A stretch of DNA of 63,658 bases, the filler included, from Octopus bimaculoides (Eukaryota): assembly GCF_001194135.2 (NCBI RefSeq). It is 5 parts of 4 records of this genome, joined end to end, with 100 filler letters (N's around TTAATTAATTAA, not from the genome) between each part and the next. Parts side by side here need not be neighbours in the genome. Positions count along the whole stretch, not along the records: positions 11,271 to 29,815 come from NC_068989.1; 4 more parts are not named here. One strand, written 5' to 3'. A model generated the notes under the pieces. It was given only the letters and a program-made list of their open reading frames with translations, did not search any database and was not told the origin of the DNA. The position numbers were made by a program, and so were the translations under genes. Positions 12,150-25,700 of this stretch are shown piece after piece. The first letter of the stretch is position 1; every line of letters starts with the position of its first letter.

Positions 12150-15100
12150 CTGGCAAAGAAAAAACAATATTGATTATTTAATGCAAAAAATATAAACAAG
12201 AAAGTTTACTTATATTGGAGTAAAGAGCCCCTTAGGTCATGAATGACCCTGGGATTGTACCTAGAAAGTTCCCTTCTGAGGCACAAGTCCCAGGGAAGGT
12301 TGTTTATGGAAGACCAGCAGTTGCCTATAGCCCCTTCTGGGCAGTAAAGAAATAAGCAGTCACCCATGCATACCAGTCTCCCCACCTCTCCATGCCACCG
12401 ATGTTATCCAAGGGAAAGACAAAGGGGCCGATACAGCTTGGTACCAGTGAGGAGTCACAACTTTTTTCTACAGCTGAGTGAACTGGAGCAACGTGAAATA
12501 AAGTGTCTTGCTCAAGAACACAACACACAGCTCAGTACGAGAATCAAACTCACTACTACATGACTGTGAGCCTGGCACTCTAACTACTGAGCCCTATTGT
12601 CTCCTAAATTCATATCAGTGTAACTTATCAAATAACTTGTATCAGTATAAATGACAGTCTTACTAATATTAGTCTGTTGTTTATGGTGATATAAATTATT
12701 TGAAAAGTTACATTGATGTAAATTTAAGAGACTATTTTTAATTAGTAGAGGAAATAATTGCTTATAGTTTAGTTCAAATAGAAATTGAAAAGAATTCTGT
12801 CCCTTCATAACTTCCCACCAGGTATCAACCTGCAGAAGTTTGAGCTTAATACCTACATCAAAACTTGACATTCTGAGAGGTTCCCACAAGGTAGGGAAGT
12901 TATCTTTTCTATAGATTAAGTAATAAAATACTTCGGTACATAAAGAGAAGTGTGACAACTGAAATTTACAAGTGAAGGAAGTTGTGGTAGTCATTCTTAT
13001 CTTTTGAAAAAAAAAAAAACACAAGAAAACTACAGCACCATTACAGCGATGACAAAGTTGATGTTTAGAATTTGAGGGGTGGCTCATGCAAATATAAGCT
13101 GGACTAAATCTGCAATGCAATTTATTTCCAGAAGCACCACCACTTACACTTCATCTGTAAAGCCACAAACCTTCAATCAAGATGAACTGATATCAACTCT
13201 CAACAAATGACAGAATACAATGTGTATCAATTCTTCCAATCTTTTCCTTGATTTCCTTTGACCCAGTTTTATTCGGTGTATTTGCCACCACACGCACAAA
13301 CGCAGACATGCTGGGACAAGGTAGTCCTAGATATCTCAAAAAAATTGGACGCTTTTAGTCGCTCAACTCTTCAATCAAAGCTCTGTGTGATCAGTGCTGA
13401 CCTGGAATCAAATAAACGACACCTGCAAATGTATAAGACTATCTCACCTTTGTCTGGATAGTTTAGTAAGTGTGTTCCTAATATTTGTGGCTCCATCTTG
13501 AGTATGATTGGAATCTTCACATAAAACAGGCCATAAATTATTCCGGAGCTGACAACCCTTTTGAGTATGTTGGACGTTTCGAATATGAACTTTGCCCAGC
13601 AAATAGCTGCTTCCATCAGCAATATAAGTCTGTGTCAGAAAATGAGAAAATTCTATAATAGTAAAAAAAAATCAGAACTTTCTTTTTTGCTTAGAAATAT
13701 ATTTCTAATCAGATCATAAAAATCATTTATCTTACTTTACAGAAACTTTTATTAAAGTGCAAAGTCAATATTTTAATCTGTGAAACTTGGACTAATTTCT
13801 TTTTATAAATATTTTGAAGCTTCTATACTTTCTGAAAAGTAAATTATAAGATACATTAGTTTGCATTGAAAAAAATATTGTCTTAGTGTCTCTCATGTAA
13901 GAGTCCTTCAGCTCTTATTTTCCACTGAAGGTTCTAACTGAGATATTGACTATTTCTTCTCTCTTTTTGATAAATTAACCCTAACCATCAAACTGTCTTT
14001 TGCATTTTTCAGTAAATATTGGTTTCAAATTTTGGTACAAGGCCAGCAATTTTAGGGAAGGAATTAAGCTGACTACACTGACTGCAGTGCTTAACTGGGA
14101 CTTATTTTATTAATTCCAAAAAGATGAAAGGCAAAATCAACCTCAGCAGAATTTGAACTCAGAATGTAAGGACCAGAAGAAATACTGCAAAGCATTTTGC
14201 CTGGCATGCTAGCAATTCTACCAGCTTGCAGCCTTAATTTTCAGTAAATATTGCCTCTTGATAATGCAAACCAACTCCATTCCTCTTAAATTCTGGGAAT
14301 TATTTTGTAAATATAGGTATCAGTTTTCTTCTATCTATATCAGGTAGAAGAAAACTTATACCTAATAGTCTAACATTGGGGCATATAAATCCACAACAGA
14401 AAAAAATGGGTATTAGTACATGTGGGAATTAAATCGATAGCTCTTATATTTGCAAAAATATTATTTCATTATCTAGTTGAGTTGTCTGCCAATGGTGTTG
14501 AGTCAAATCTACAGAAAAGCTCATTAAGCCTTGAAAGAACTTTAAAAGTATCAAAGATTACACGAGAAAGCAGAAAGTCTTTCATCTTAGAATAACCAGT
14601 TAGACTAATCATTATTTTTTGTGGATTTTATAAAAATAAATTGTACAAAGAATCCATCACAGATGAAACTTACCATATCTAAATTGTTTGAATCTCTGTT
14701 GTACCAAGGGTCCCAATACATTTGATCAAGAAAAGAAGTTTGAAGCCACTCCCACCATTGGTCAACATTTTTGATTCCAAGAAATTGTTGATTCCCTGAC
14801 CTAGATGCAAAAACAAACAAAAAAAAAAACAGTAAAACAGAAATCAGAATACCACTGTTGTTGATATTTGGTGAGTAAGTTTCCAGTAATGTCACCTTCC
14901 ATCTCATTAGATATCTTGTATTCTCTTTTACAGCCATCACACATACATTTGATGATGCTAACCCTAACCACACTGGTATGATACAATAATTAGAAATAGA
15001 TATTAATGTGTCTAAACAAGACTCTAAAAGACATTTCACTAGAACATTTGATCAACTAAAAGAGAAGCTGCTCAAACACAACTAAAATTAATCACAAAGT

Positions 15101-18100
15101 GCTAAAGCATACAATCCAAATGTGCACTAAAACTCAGCCAGGAGGTATAACCTGATAGCAAAGAAGAATGGGCGCCAGCCGGCCCAACAGTCGGCTGGGC
15201 TGCACCTCAAAACAGAAGGTGCAAACCCTCATCCTGGGTTGTGCAAGCACGACTAACCTTATGATGGCTGACAGCCCAAGGAGAATCTTGGGGTGAGGTT
15301 GGGATGTAGGCAGTCTGTGTGGAAGGGGAACTGAGGTGTGTGAGGAATTGAGGAAGAGGAGGGTGGATGTGTGCTGTGTGCAGAAGGCTAGGGGGAGGGG
15401 CCAGGGTGCAAGATTTGTGGGGGTCAAGACTTGGCTGGGTGAAGTTCAGGGAATGTGGAGCATTGTTATATNNNNNNNNNNNNNNNNNNNNNNNNNNNNN
15501 NNNNNNNNNNNNNNNNNNNNNNNNNNNNNNNNNNNNNNNNNNNNNNNNNNNNNNNNNNNNNNNNNNNNNNNNNNNNNNNNNNNNNNNNNNNNNNNNNNNN
15601 NNNNNNNNNNNNNNNNNNNNNNNNNNNNNNNNNNNNNNNNNNNNNNNNNNNNNNNNNNNNGTGAGATATGGTGTCTGAGGGAGGGAGAGAGATGGCAAGT
15701 TTGAGAAGAATGAAGAGACAAATGTGTGGTGTGAAGCTGTTTGATAAGAGGACTGAGGACTTGATGGGGATGTTGGGGTTGGAGGAATTGGTGGAATGGT
15801 TGGCAAGGGTGAATGGAGTGAGGTGGTATGGGCATGTGTTGAGGAGGGATGAGGGGCATGTTCTGAGGAGGGTGATTGCGTTTGAGGTAAATGGAGCGTG
15901 AAAGCGAGTAGACCAAGGAAAAGGTGGAGGGGACAGGTGGAGGAGGAAATTGGGAGGGTTGGTTTGAAGAAGGAGAACACCCAAAACCAGGCAAGATAGT
16001 ATAAGGGTGGTTGCTATGGCATTGCGGTAGATCCAACCACCCTCATTAACAGGGACAAAAATCCGGATTTAAAACCATGGATGATGATAGATGATGAAGG
16101 TAGTAAAACAACAATGCATTAGGCACTAAAGTCTGTGATTCCACAGCTCACGTTCAAATAATAATGGCATTCAAAGATTGAAGTACAAGAACAAATATTT
16201 AAATAATACAATGTTTATTTAATTACACACACACACACACACACAGAGTAACTACAATAGCATGTTCTAGATACAGCTTATTTACTTACCGTAGGAAGAT
16301 GTTTTTAAGGCTTTCATTGAACATGAATGAAGAGTGAGAACTTTTCCCGAATGCCATAACACACAGAACACCAATCATTAGTCCAAGCATTGCAGCATCT
16401 CTATTGAAAAGAGAACAAGAATTTTATCTTCAAAATTAAGATTAGTTTCGGCTCTTGTTTTAATTTATTGATAAATATGTTAACTCCCATTATTTTCTTT
16501 CTCTTCTCTATATTCTTCAATCAAAAAAATAGAAAAAAAAGCATACCTTATAAATTTGTACAACTAAGCGAATACAGTAATCCCTTAACTATCATGGGTG
16601 TTATATTCCAAAACCTCCCACAGAAATAACTAAAATCTAAAAAAATCTAAATACCAATTGACTGAAGAAACCTGTGATACTCTGAGGAGACTGTGATATA
16701 AATTTAAAGAAAGGCTTTAAAAGAGTCTTGCTCTTCCTTTTTATAGAACACTAGACAACCTGTGACCCGTTGGGTCCACTGATGGTTCAGGTCATAAAAC
16801 ATTGAAGCTGATTTCAACACCGTATTGAAATGAAAGTGAATTTTATGATGATTCAATTAAATATTTCAATTTGTTCGTGTCATCACAAGTCTGGTTTACA
16901 AGTTCGTGTTTAAGGTTTTACTGATTATTTACAGCATCAAATAGAAACAGAACTTCTGGGATAAACTTGAACTCCAGGAACAGCATTGATTTATGGTGTA
17001 TGTGCACAATTCTACAAAGATGCAAAAGGAATTGTTATATAATGTAAACATAAAATTAATGGAAACAATTTTCACATTTCAGGGTATTTTCCCATTATGT
17101 ACCGTTTTGGTTATTTATGAAGGTACCCCGCAAAAACCACCAATCTATGGAATCTGTGGTCTGATTTACACGAAACTTGTTTCATTCCATTTGTACTCAC
17201 ATTTCAGCTGTACCTTACTTTCAGAGTATTTTCTCATTATGTATTAGTTTGGCTGTGTCAAATTACAGACAAGCAAGCACACAAACAAAACTGGCAGAAC
17301 TACAGACGTTAACCATCCCCACCAACTTTGTTGCTTCATAACTTCGAGAAAAACGGACACTCTTTAACGAAATTTTCAACAAAGGAGTTTCGGATCAGGA
17401 AGACCAAATAAGTTGGAACTAATCTGTTTGATGGAGATTTTTTCTGTTTTCTTTTTTAAACCACAACCTTGGAAATGATGTTGGTGGGGAAAAAACAAAG
17501 TTTTTCAAATTTTTTTTGTACACCCCCATCCCTAATCATCCCACTCCTGACCAATTTTGGCCAATTCATTTTTGCACTTCAAAACCATGGGAGGAGCCTT
17601 TGCAGTAAAAAAAAATATTGAAAAAATTGTAAATATTTCCAGAGGAAAAAGTGAGTGATTTAAGAGAGATCAAGCATTAAGGACTGATTGGATAAAAGAC
17701 AAGATAGATAAAAAAATTAAAAAACGAAGTAGATTCCCAATGTAGATTATGCAAATCAAAAGAGGAAAGAGTTACTCACATAGTAAGTGAATGTAGCATG
17801 GTGGCACAGAAAGAATACAAGAAAAGGCATGACAACATGATAAGGGAGAGTAATCCACTGGGAATTATGTAGAAAGCTAGGATTTGAGCATGTTGATAAA
17901 TGGCATGAAGATGAACCTAGTAAAGTACTACAAAGTAAGAAATATAATAAGATATTGTAGGACTTTGACAGAGTAATAGAAACTAAGTAATAACATTAGC
18001 ACTGACAGGGTCATCAATTAACTAGAAGGAAAGTGCTAGTTACCAAAAATTTTACCTGAAAAAGGAATATGATTTCCTTTCTTTAATAGACTTTTTACTG

Positions 18101-21100
18101 GAACTTAACAACTGCTTTTTCTGGGGTGGCCTTGAAAATCGCAAATGTCGTGATCGTTGACGAGCAGCAAATTCCTGTGAGAAATAAAATAATATCCTGG
18201 TGAACTGGTGTAGTGGGGAATTATGTTAAAAAAAAAAAAAGACTGGTATGGCTGTGTGGTAAGAAGCTTGCCTCCCAACCACATCATTCTGGGTTCAGTC
18301 CCACTGTATGGCACTTTGGTCTGACTATAGCCTTGGTCTGACCAAAACCTTGTGAATGGATTTGGTAGGCAGAAACTGAAAGAAGCCTATCATATGTGAG
18401 CGTGTGTGTGTGTGTCTGTGTGTGTGTGTGTGTCTGTGTGTGTGTGTGTCTGTGTGTCTGCTTGTTGCCTATCACCACAAGACAACTGCTGCTGGTGTGT
18501 TTACATCCCCGTAACTTAGCAGTTCAGCAAAAGACACCGATAGAATTAAGTACCAAGCTTAAAAAAAAAAAAAGAACTGGGTCAATTGATTCAGCTAAAA
18601 AATTCTCCAAGGCAGTGCTTTGGTCACAGTCATAGTCACAGTCTAATGGTCACAGTCTAATGGTCACAGTCTAATGAATGAAAAAAGGTAAAAGATCAAA
18701 AAAGATAAGAAAATAATTTATAGAAAACTAAGAATAAGTTTTAAAATCAAAAAACAGTTTCAACCACTTTATACATTATTTACACAAGGATAGACATAGA
18801 GTTAACAATGAGTTTAAACAGAACTAAATAATAGGGATTTTCTTGATACACAAGCTCCTATTAAGCACTTATTACTGCTTTTGGTATTGAATAGTTCGGG
18901 AGTCACACCCACTCGTTTCAAGATGACACTAATGACACTAATAACACACACACACTAATGACTCAACAACTTTAAAAACCAAACAGCATCATCTCTTACT
19001 CTGTAGAACTACTTATTGCTATTAAAATAAAAGTAAACATTCGCGGATATCAGGTGTGCTTTTGAAATCTCTAAAACATTTCCTTTTTTATATTTAGAAC
19101 TGTCTTCCGGACAGCTAAATATCCCTCAGCTGTTCCAATATTCTCTCTCCCCCACCCTATCACATCTCACTTAACTATCAAAGTTTCAACAGAGCTGAAA
19201 GTTCATGAGAGTTTAATTCCAGATTTGAGTATGAGTTTATAAGAACTAAAGACATAAAGTCATTATTGAAACATAATAATGAACATTATAAGAAATAAGA
19301 CTAAACGTATAAACTCCTGTTATAAAATAATTTCTATATGATTAAATTACAGTATAATAATATATTTATAAAACTCAAGAAAAATTGAAATAAATACAAA
19401 TAAAGCAAAACAACTGAGGTTATAAATCTTTTCTAGAAGAGGTCTCTGAAATTCTAAATTACATAATAGGAATTGAACTGTCCATTACATGCCTGACAAA
19501 GATCAAAAGAAATGGAAATTTGATAAGGTTCCAGCATCAGGGCTGGTCAACATTTTATATTTCTAGTTTCAAGATGAAACAATTTTAAAGTTACTTTACC
19601 TTGCATTCTTCACAACATACTGGTTGTTTTCTTTTCTTATATTCTGGTTTCTCTCCATAAAAACCATCATCATAATGGTCAAATATTGCTGGATTTGAAC
19701 GGTAGTTGTAGGCATTGTAGACTGTAAGGATGAAGACCTGAATGGAAAGTGAACAGATGTTTAGAATATAGAAAAGTGAAAGAGATCTTGAAAGGGGATG
19801 TGACAGTGACAGAACGAGAAGTAAAATGCTAACCATAGCAGGATTAAGGTTTTCAAGAGATTATGAGAAATGATAGAAGAAGCTTTAAACTGAACGATAA
19901 TCTGATGAAAAGGAGAAAGCAAGAAATGGCAGTTTGGCAATGTAAACAATAAATGAGAGGTGATGATGAAGACATTGAAGAAGATGTTGGACTGCAATTT
20001 TATGAGAAGACAAATACTTACACAGAGAGGATGTGTGATGAAGACACAAGTTGTAAGACTGAAGTAAACAGATTGCAACCACATCATACATTTAGTATGA
20101 CCAAATCTAGAAAGAAAAATAAAAAAAAATTTCAAAACATATATTAAAAAAATATCAGAAAATTTTGACTTAGTAAATTGAAAATGCTCAGTATAACATC
20201 TTATGTAGTAGTTGTAGCAGCAGCAGTTATACCATCTTCAACAAACTCTCTAACAAAGGCTGTGTTAAAACCAAAATGTTGGGGACACCATGTTAGTAAT
20301 AAAGATTAGATGACCAATGAAAAATATTTTACAGCAGAGTTTTTTCTCAGTAAATTCGAGTCAAATATTTTCAATTTCTTTGGCACATGATGATGATGAT
20401 GATGATGATGCTTACAGGTTACGTTAGTGGCTGGTTGTTACATTAAAAAAACAATTGTTTTGTAGTGTAGTCACTATAGTAGAGGAAAAACTTTCTGTCT
20501 TTTATTTAATTTTTTGCAGGGCCTTTGAGAGTGGTGGGTGTAAGGGAGGAAGATATCCCTTGACTGGAGATCTAGTCCAGATACTTGCAATAGACTCAGC
20601 AAAAGGCACCCAGGGGCCAGGTTAAATTGGATAATGAGGAAGCTTACTGACTCTGGAATTCACCTTTAAGTAAATGACAATAGTTACACTTTGCAGAAAA
20701 TATTCTTAAATCAATGAATGATGTTTTCCATGCTAACGGTAAAAGTGTCTTTCATGTTTTCATGTAAATGGATGCTAATAATTGTTCTAAGAGTTAACAG
20801 TCATTTACTTACCTTTTGCATCACTGAAAGCCATTGCTTATAAGTTGTTGAACAAGCCAAGACTTTTGAACTCGTGAATATTATTAGTGATGTTAAAAGT
20901 TTAGGTGTCATAAAATTTGGACAATTCATGCAATCAGTTTTAAAAGTACATGCTAACAGATGTCTGGCATAGAGGCATGCAATTCAGTTAAGAATGAATT
21001 GAAAAACAATCAGGTGATGACCAATTAACAATCACATCAGATCATGCAGACACTGGAAGAAAATTAAAAAATGGCACAGGATTTAGAAAACCAAATGCAT

Positions 21101-22686
21101 TTTGGAATGCTGCAATAAAGTAAACAAATCAACACAGATATAAACATATGGAGAAAAATAAAAAAACAGAAAAGATAGTACAGCATTCTAGTAAATATGC
21201 CCTTCATGGAGCTGGCAATTTGGTTTGTTCAAACTAAGTTGCAGCTTATGCTACAAAATATTACAACAAATAAGATGGAAATATCATCCCCCAATCAGTT
21301 GAAAGATTGCCAATATATGACATGGGTGTTGCAGTGATCATTTCACCCCACTTTAAAATAAATCAGGAAGATTCATTTTAAAGTGGGAAAAAAGAAGGTA
21401 TGTGAGAAGGAATTAAGGGATAGAAAGAAAAGCAAAGAGAGGAACCCCACCACACACACACACACACACACACACATTGAGCATTTCCAGGTTTAATACA
21501 CGTAAAGAGAACAATGAATTTGTTAGCAAGTGGGCAAGCTTCTACAGTGTAAGTAAATATAGAGAGTGTCTTGCTATAAGACTCAGTTAAGAGAAAAGAC
21601 CACAGCATTTCAAGTTTGCATATTTTGTGGTGACTGTCCTTATCAGGTGATCTTCAACCATATTTCAGCCAATCATTGTTATGGTACATTTGTGTTGTGC
21701 TAAGAATAATGGCAAATTCCATGCAGTTTTGAGCCAAATTATGTTTATAAATTGAGATATGCAAGAAATACAAGGTGGAGGATTCCAGAGGACTTGTAGA
21801 GGCTTTCTTGGTTAACCAGTGACTATACCACTTCTACCTCAAGCGCAAGCACATAACATCTTCTCCTCTTGCCAAGTAGACATTCTCATACACTAGCCAC
21901 TGATGTTTTTGAAGAAAAACTTTTTCTAAAGTAACAATTGTAACATCAACCTGTAAATAAACACGTTAATAAAATCTAAACATTAGAATTTGATTATTTG
22001 GGAGCAGCACACAACTAGACCAAATAATCCATCTCCCATCAAAACTTCACCACGGTCTTTAACAAAATACTGAACAATAATCATGATGATAATTGTATTA
22101 GTAGTTATGATAATTTAGCTGAGAAACAGAGAGAAATAAAAAAGAAGAAAAACCAAACCAAACACGTTCTCTCCAAAAGTAAATCTAAACAGATATCAAA
22201 AGCTATAATAACACAAGAATTCAAAACAGTATTCTTACCTAAGTCCGAAAAACATAACCACAGCTGCACATAGAAGGGTGAGCAGAAGACAGAGACCATA
22301 GTCTATCCAGCGGCAATAGACAGGAAGGAACAAGCGTTTTGACTGACGTCGTGAAACATTGGAGCCTTCGGATTTTTGGAGAAGTTTTATTTTCTGCAAA
22401 CTGAAGTCTGTTTCATAGAAACAATACATTATTAATAAGACAGCCAAGAACAAGCAGCTAGTTATGACATTATATACTGCACAGATTGTTGTTACTTTGT
22501 AAGGGAATTAAACGGCCATAGATTTATATGCTGCCTGTATAGAGTATTCCTAAAGTAATCTGGAAGCTGCCAATGTGTTGAATATGTGACAGTTTCATGT
22601 TTTTGGAAAGGTACAAGCATTACAATCTTATGTTTTGTCTCCAATAAATTAGAGAACTTATGCTATATAAAAAATTCTTTAAATGA

Positions 22687-22728
<42 letters not shown>

Positions 22729-25700
22729 TCATCATCATCATTTAACGTCCGCTTTCCATGGGTTGGATGATTTGACTGAGGACTGGTAAACCGGATGGCT
22801 GCACCAGGCTCCAATCTGATCTGGCAGAGTTTCTACAGCNNNNNNNNNNCACGAGGGCCAGTCAGGCGGTACTGGCAATGGCCACGCTCAAATGGTGTTT
22901 TTTATGTGTCACATGCACAGGAGTCAGTCCAGTGGCGCTGGCAACGACCTCGCTCGAATGTTTTGTTCACATGCCACTGGCACAAGTGCCAGTAAAGCGA
23001 CGCTGGTAACGATCACGCTTACACGAGGTCTGATCAATAAGTATCCAAACTCTTGCCGTAGTAACGAAGCTAAAGTACACAGAGTGAAGCTGCTTGGCAA
23101 AGATTGACTGTTAACTCTGCTGTGCATGCACACTGAGTTTTAATGTTCCAGCTCGCTTCTGTTGTTTACAGCAGTACTTGGAAGAAAGGTGTGTAGCATG
23201 TGATCATTGCATTGACCATGACAAAGTTATCATGGCAATACCTGCTTAGAGGCCTACACAAGGTTGCAGAAAGTGAAAGAGGAGTGTATGAGCTGCACAC
23301 AAGTGTACGAGTGGTTCAGACGTTTTCAAGATGGCCGAAAAAAAAGCCAGCTGACTAAAAAGACGTTCGGGTTTCAGTTGCACAAGATCTCCTTGATTGT
23401 GTTGGAAATGATGAAAACTTTCTGAAAACTTTGCATAGGCCTCTGAGCAGGTATTGCTAAGCTTTTAGCAAAATTTGATACAGATTCTCTGCTCAGCGTT
23501 CTCTGTCATGGTCAATGCAACAATCACACGTTACACACCTTCCTTCCAAGCATTGCTGTAAACAGTGGAAGTGAGCTAGAACGTTAAAACTTAGTGCACA
23601 GGCACAGCAGAATTCAAGGTCAACACATTTACAATGGACTTTTATGCACAGTTTCTGTCAGGCAAACTTCATTCAGAAAACATCTGTCGTCTTCAGACTT
23701 GTAATAAAACAAAATCTTCTGCAAGATGCCACACAGTGTGATTGGACATGAAACCACAAGCAAACTTAATAATCCCATGGTCATACTCAGTGATCATACT
23801 GGTGTCCAGTGACATTTCATATTTTCAAAGCTGGCAAAATCTTAGAATAACAACATTAAATTGATACAAGTGAAATCTCTTACCTTTATTAAGCAAATCA
23901 TTTGACTGATCGGAATCCAAGTCAAGTTTGGTGTTCATATTGAGTAAATCAGCTGACAGCATTGATCTGTGATATTGGCTGTTAAAATCTTCAAAGCCAC
24001 TGGATACCTGATCTGCCTCATCGTTTTCTGAAATATCTATGAAAGAGAAAGTTTACAAAATCTCACAGTAGACTTTTAAACCTGATAGCTTAGACATACT
24101 CTGCACTACAAACAGCAAGAATAATGGCAAAGGTTTAAGAAGTTGTTTGGCCCAAGTGACTAGAGCTATGATCAAAAGTGTTCCAGCCATAACTGTCCCA
24201 CCAGTTGCTACATTGTTTTTTATATTTCTTATTTAAGATGATAGAATGTGACAAAAAGAATTGGCTGCTATTTCTAGCAGCCCCATTAGCACATTTGTAA
24301 CTAGCTGGCTCCATGCCATCAAAAATAACAGCTAATTGTAGTATTTTATATATAAGTATGGTTGGTAAATCAAATTAATAGACTTGTCAATGTTATCTAG
24401 TGGTTGTCTTTTGAGATGTGACATTGATCGTCGTTTGTTACTGAAGGAACGTTTGTTCACACATACAAACGTTCACATACTTTCCTTGTACATGCACACA
24501 CATACACACATATATTCACACAGAGTTGAAACGCTGTTTGATTTTTCTTTACGACATTGAATGTTCACCATCTCACTTCCATTGCACACACACACACACA
24601 CACACACATTCACATACCTCCCTTTTATATACTCACACAGAGTTGAAACACTCCCACTACCAGTTTGCCATCACTCCCTCCTTCCTTATTCACCTATCAC
24701 CCCTTCCTTTCTCATTCATATGTTGTGACAGAGAAAAACACAAGAATATTATTATAGTAGATGGTATTAATGCTCTTCACAAGAATGTTAACAAACGAAA
24801 TCTACCTTAATCCACTACCTTAATCCATTACCCTAATCCATTACCTTAATACACTACTACTTAACACACTGTAAATGAAAAGCAGCCAAAGAATTGATGA
24901 ATTTCATATCACTTTGGCTTTCGCAGTGGATCTTAAAAGTGTGAATTGACAATTTAATAACAAACCACCTCCTCTTCCTCCCTGCTCCAGAAATGTTCAG
25001 TGGAATGTTATGCTGATAAGCACCCATGTCTGTATGAATGCCTCTGTGTTTGGAGACATAAATAGGAGGGATTTGTATACAAACATGTGCCGTGCAAATA
25101 AGAGAAAACATATATTTGTGAAAATATGTTGTGAAAATGTTCAAGTAAGTGTATTTGTGAGTCAACCTGAATATTTGTGTCTTTATGTGTGTGTGTGTGT
25201 GTGTATACATAGTGTATGTATTTATTGTTTAGTAAATCTAGAATCTAGAAGCATGTTTCATATGAAACATCATAAAATAAGAAACGTTTTTGAAAAGTCA
25301 CTTTGTCAATAAGAAAATCTTTTTACCAGTTTTCTCTTGGGTTACAACTTCCCTTAAGGATGGCATGGACGGTTTACTACTGTTCTCAGAATGTGGAAGT
25401 GGTGAATCCGTACTGGAAGTGTGCTGTTCCTGCTGTTGTTTTTTCCACTTTCTACAGGCCCATTCCTGGAGATTCTGCAGGGTCAAGATAGTAGGGGTAG
25501 GGGAGTATGTCATTACGGGCTCAATGTGAATAGTATGCGGCATTTCAGCATCTTCTGATTTCCCATCTTCATAGTCTTCATCTTCCTCTAGTCCTGGGTA
25601 TGGGATCTGCAAACAAGCAATGAAGCTAGAATTAATAGTTTCACTGAAAACATTGTCGTTATGTTTTCTAATGCTCCAATGATTCTGCTTAGTAGCTGCA

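Noticed and set aside
20813-20862. Extra polycystin exon with a strong GTAAGT donor
   Set aside because: Its only open frame is phase 1-0, incompatible with the phase-2 intron it lies in
21378-21608. Hydrophobic ORF as a TM exon
   Set aside because: The expected TM exon is 20022-20106, with matching phase and motif; this ORF runs into (GT)n
25290-25529. Plus-strand ORFs as an antisense gene
   Set aside because: They are shadows of the 280-bp coding exon
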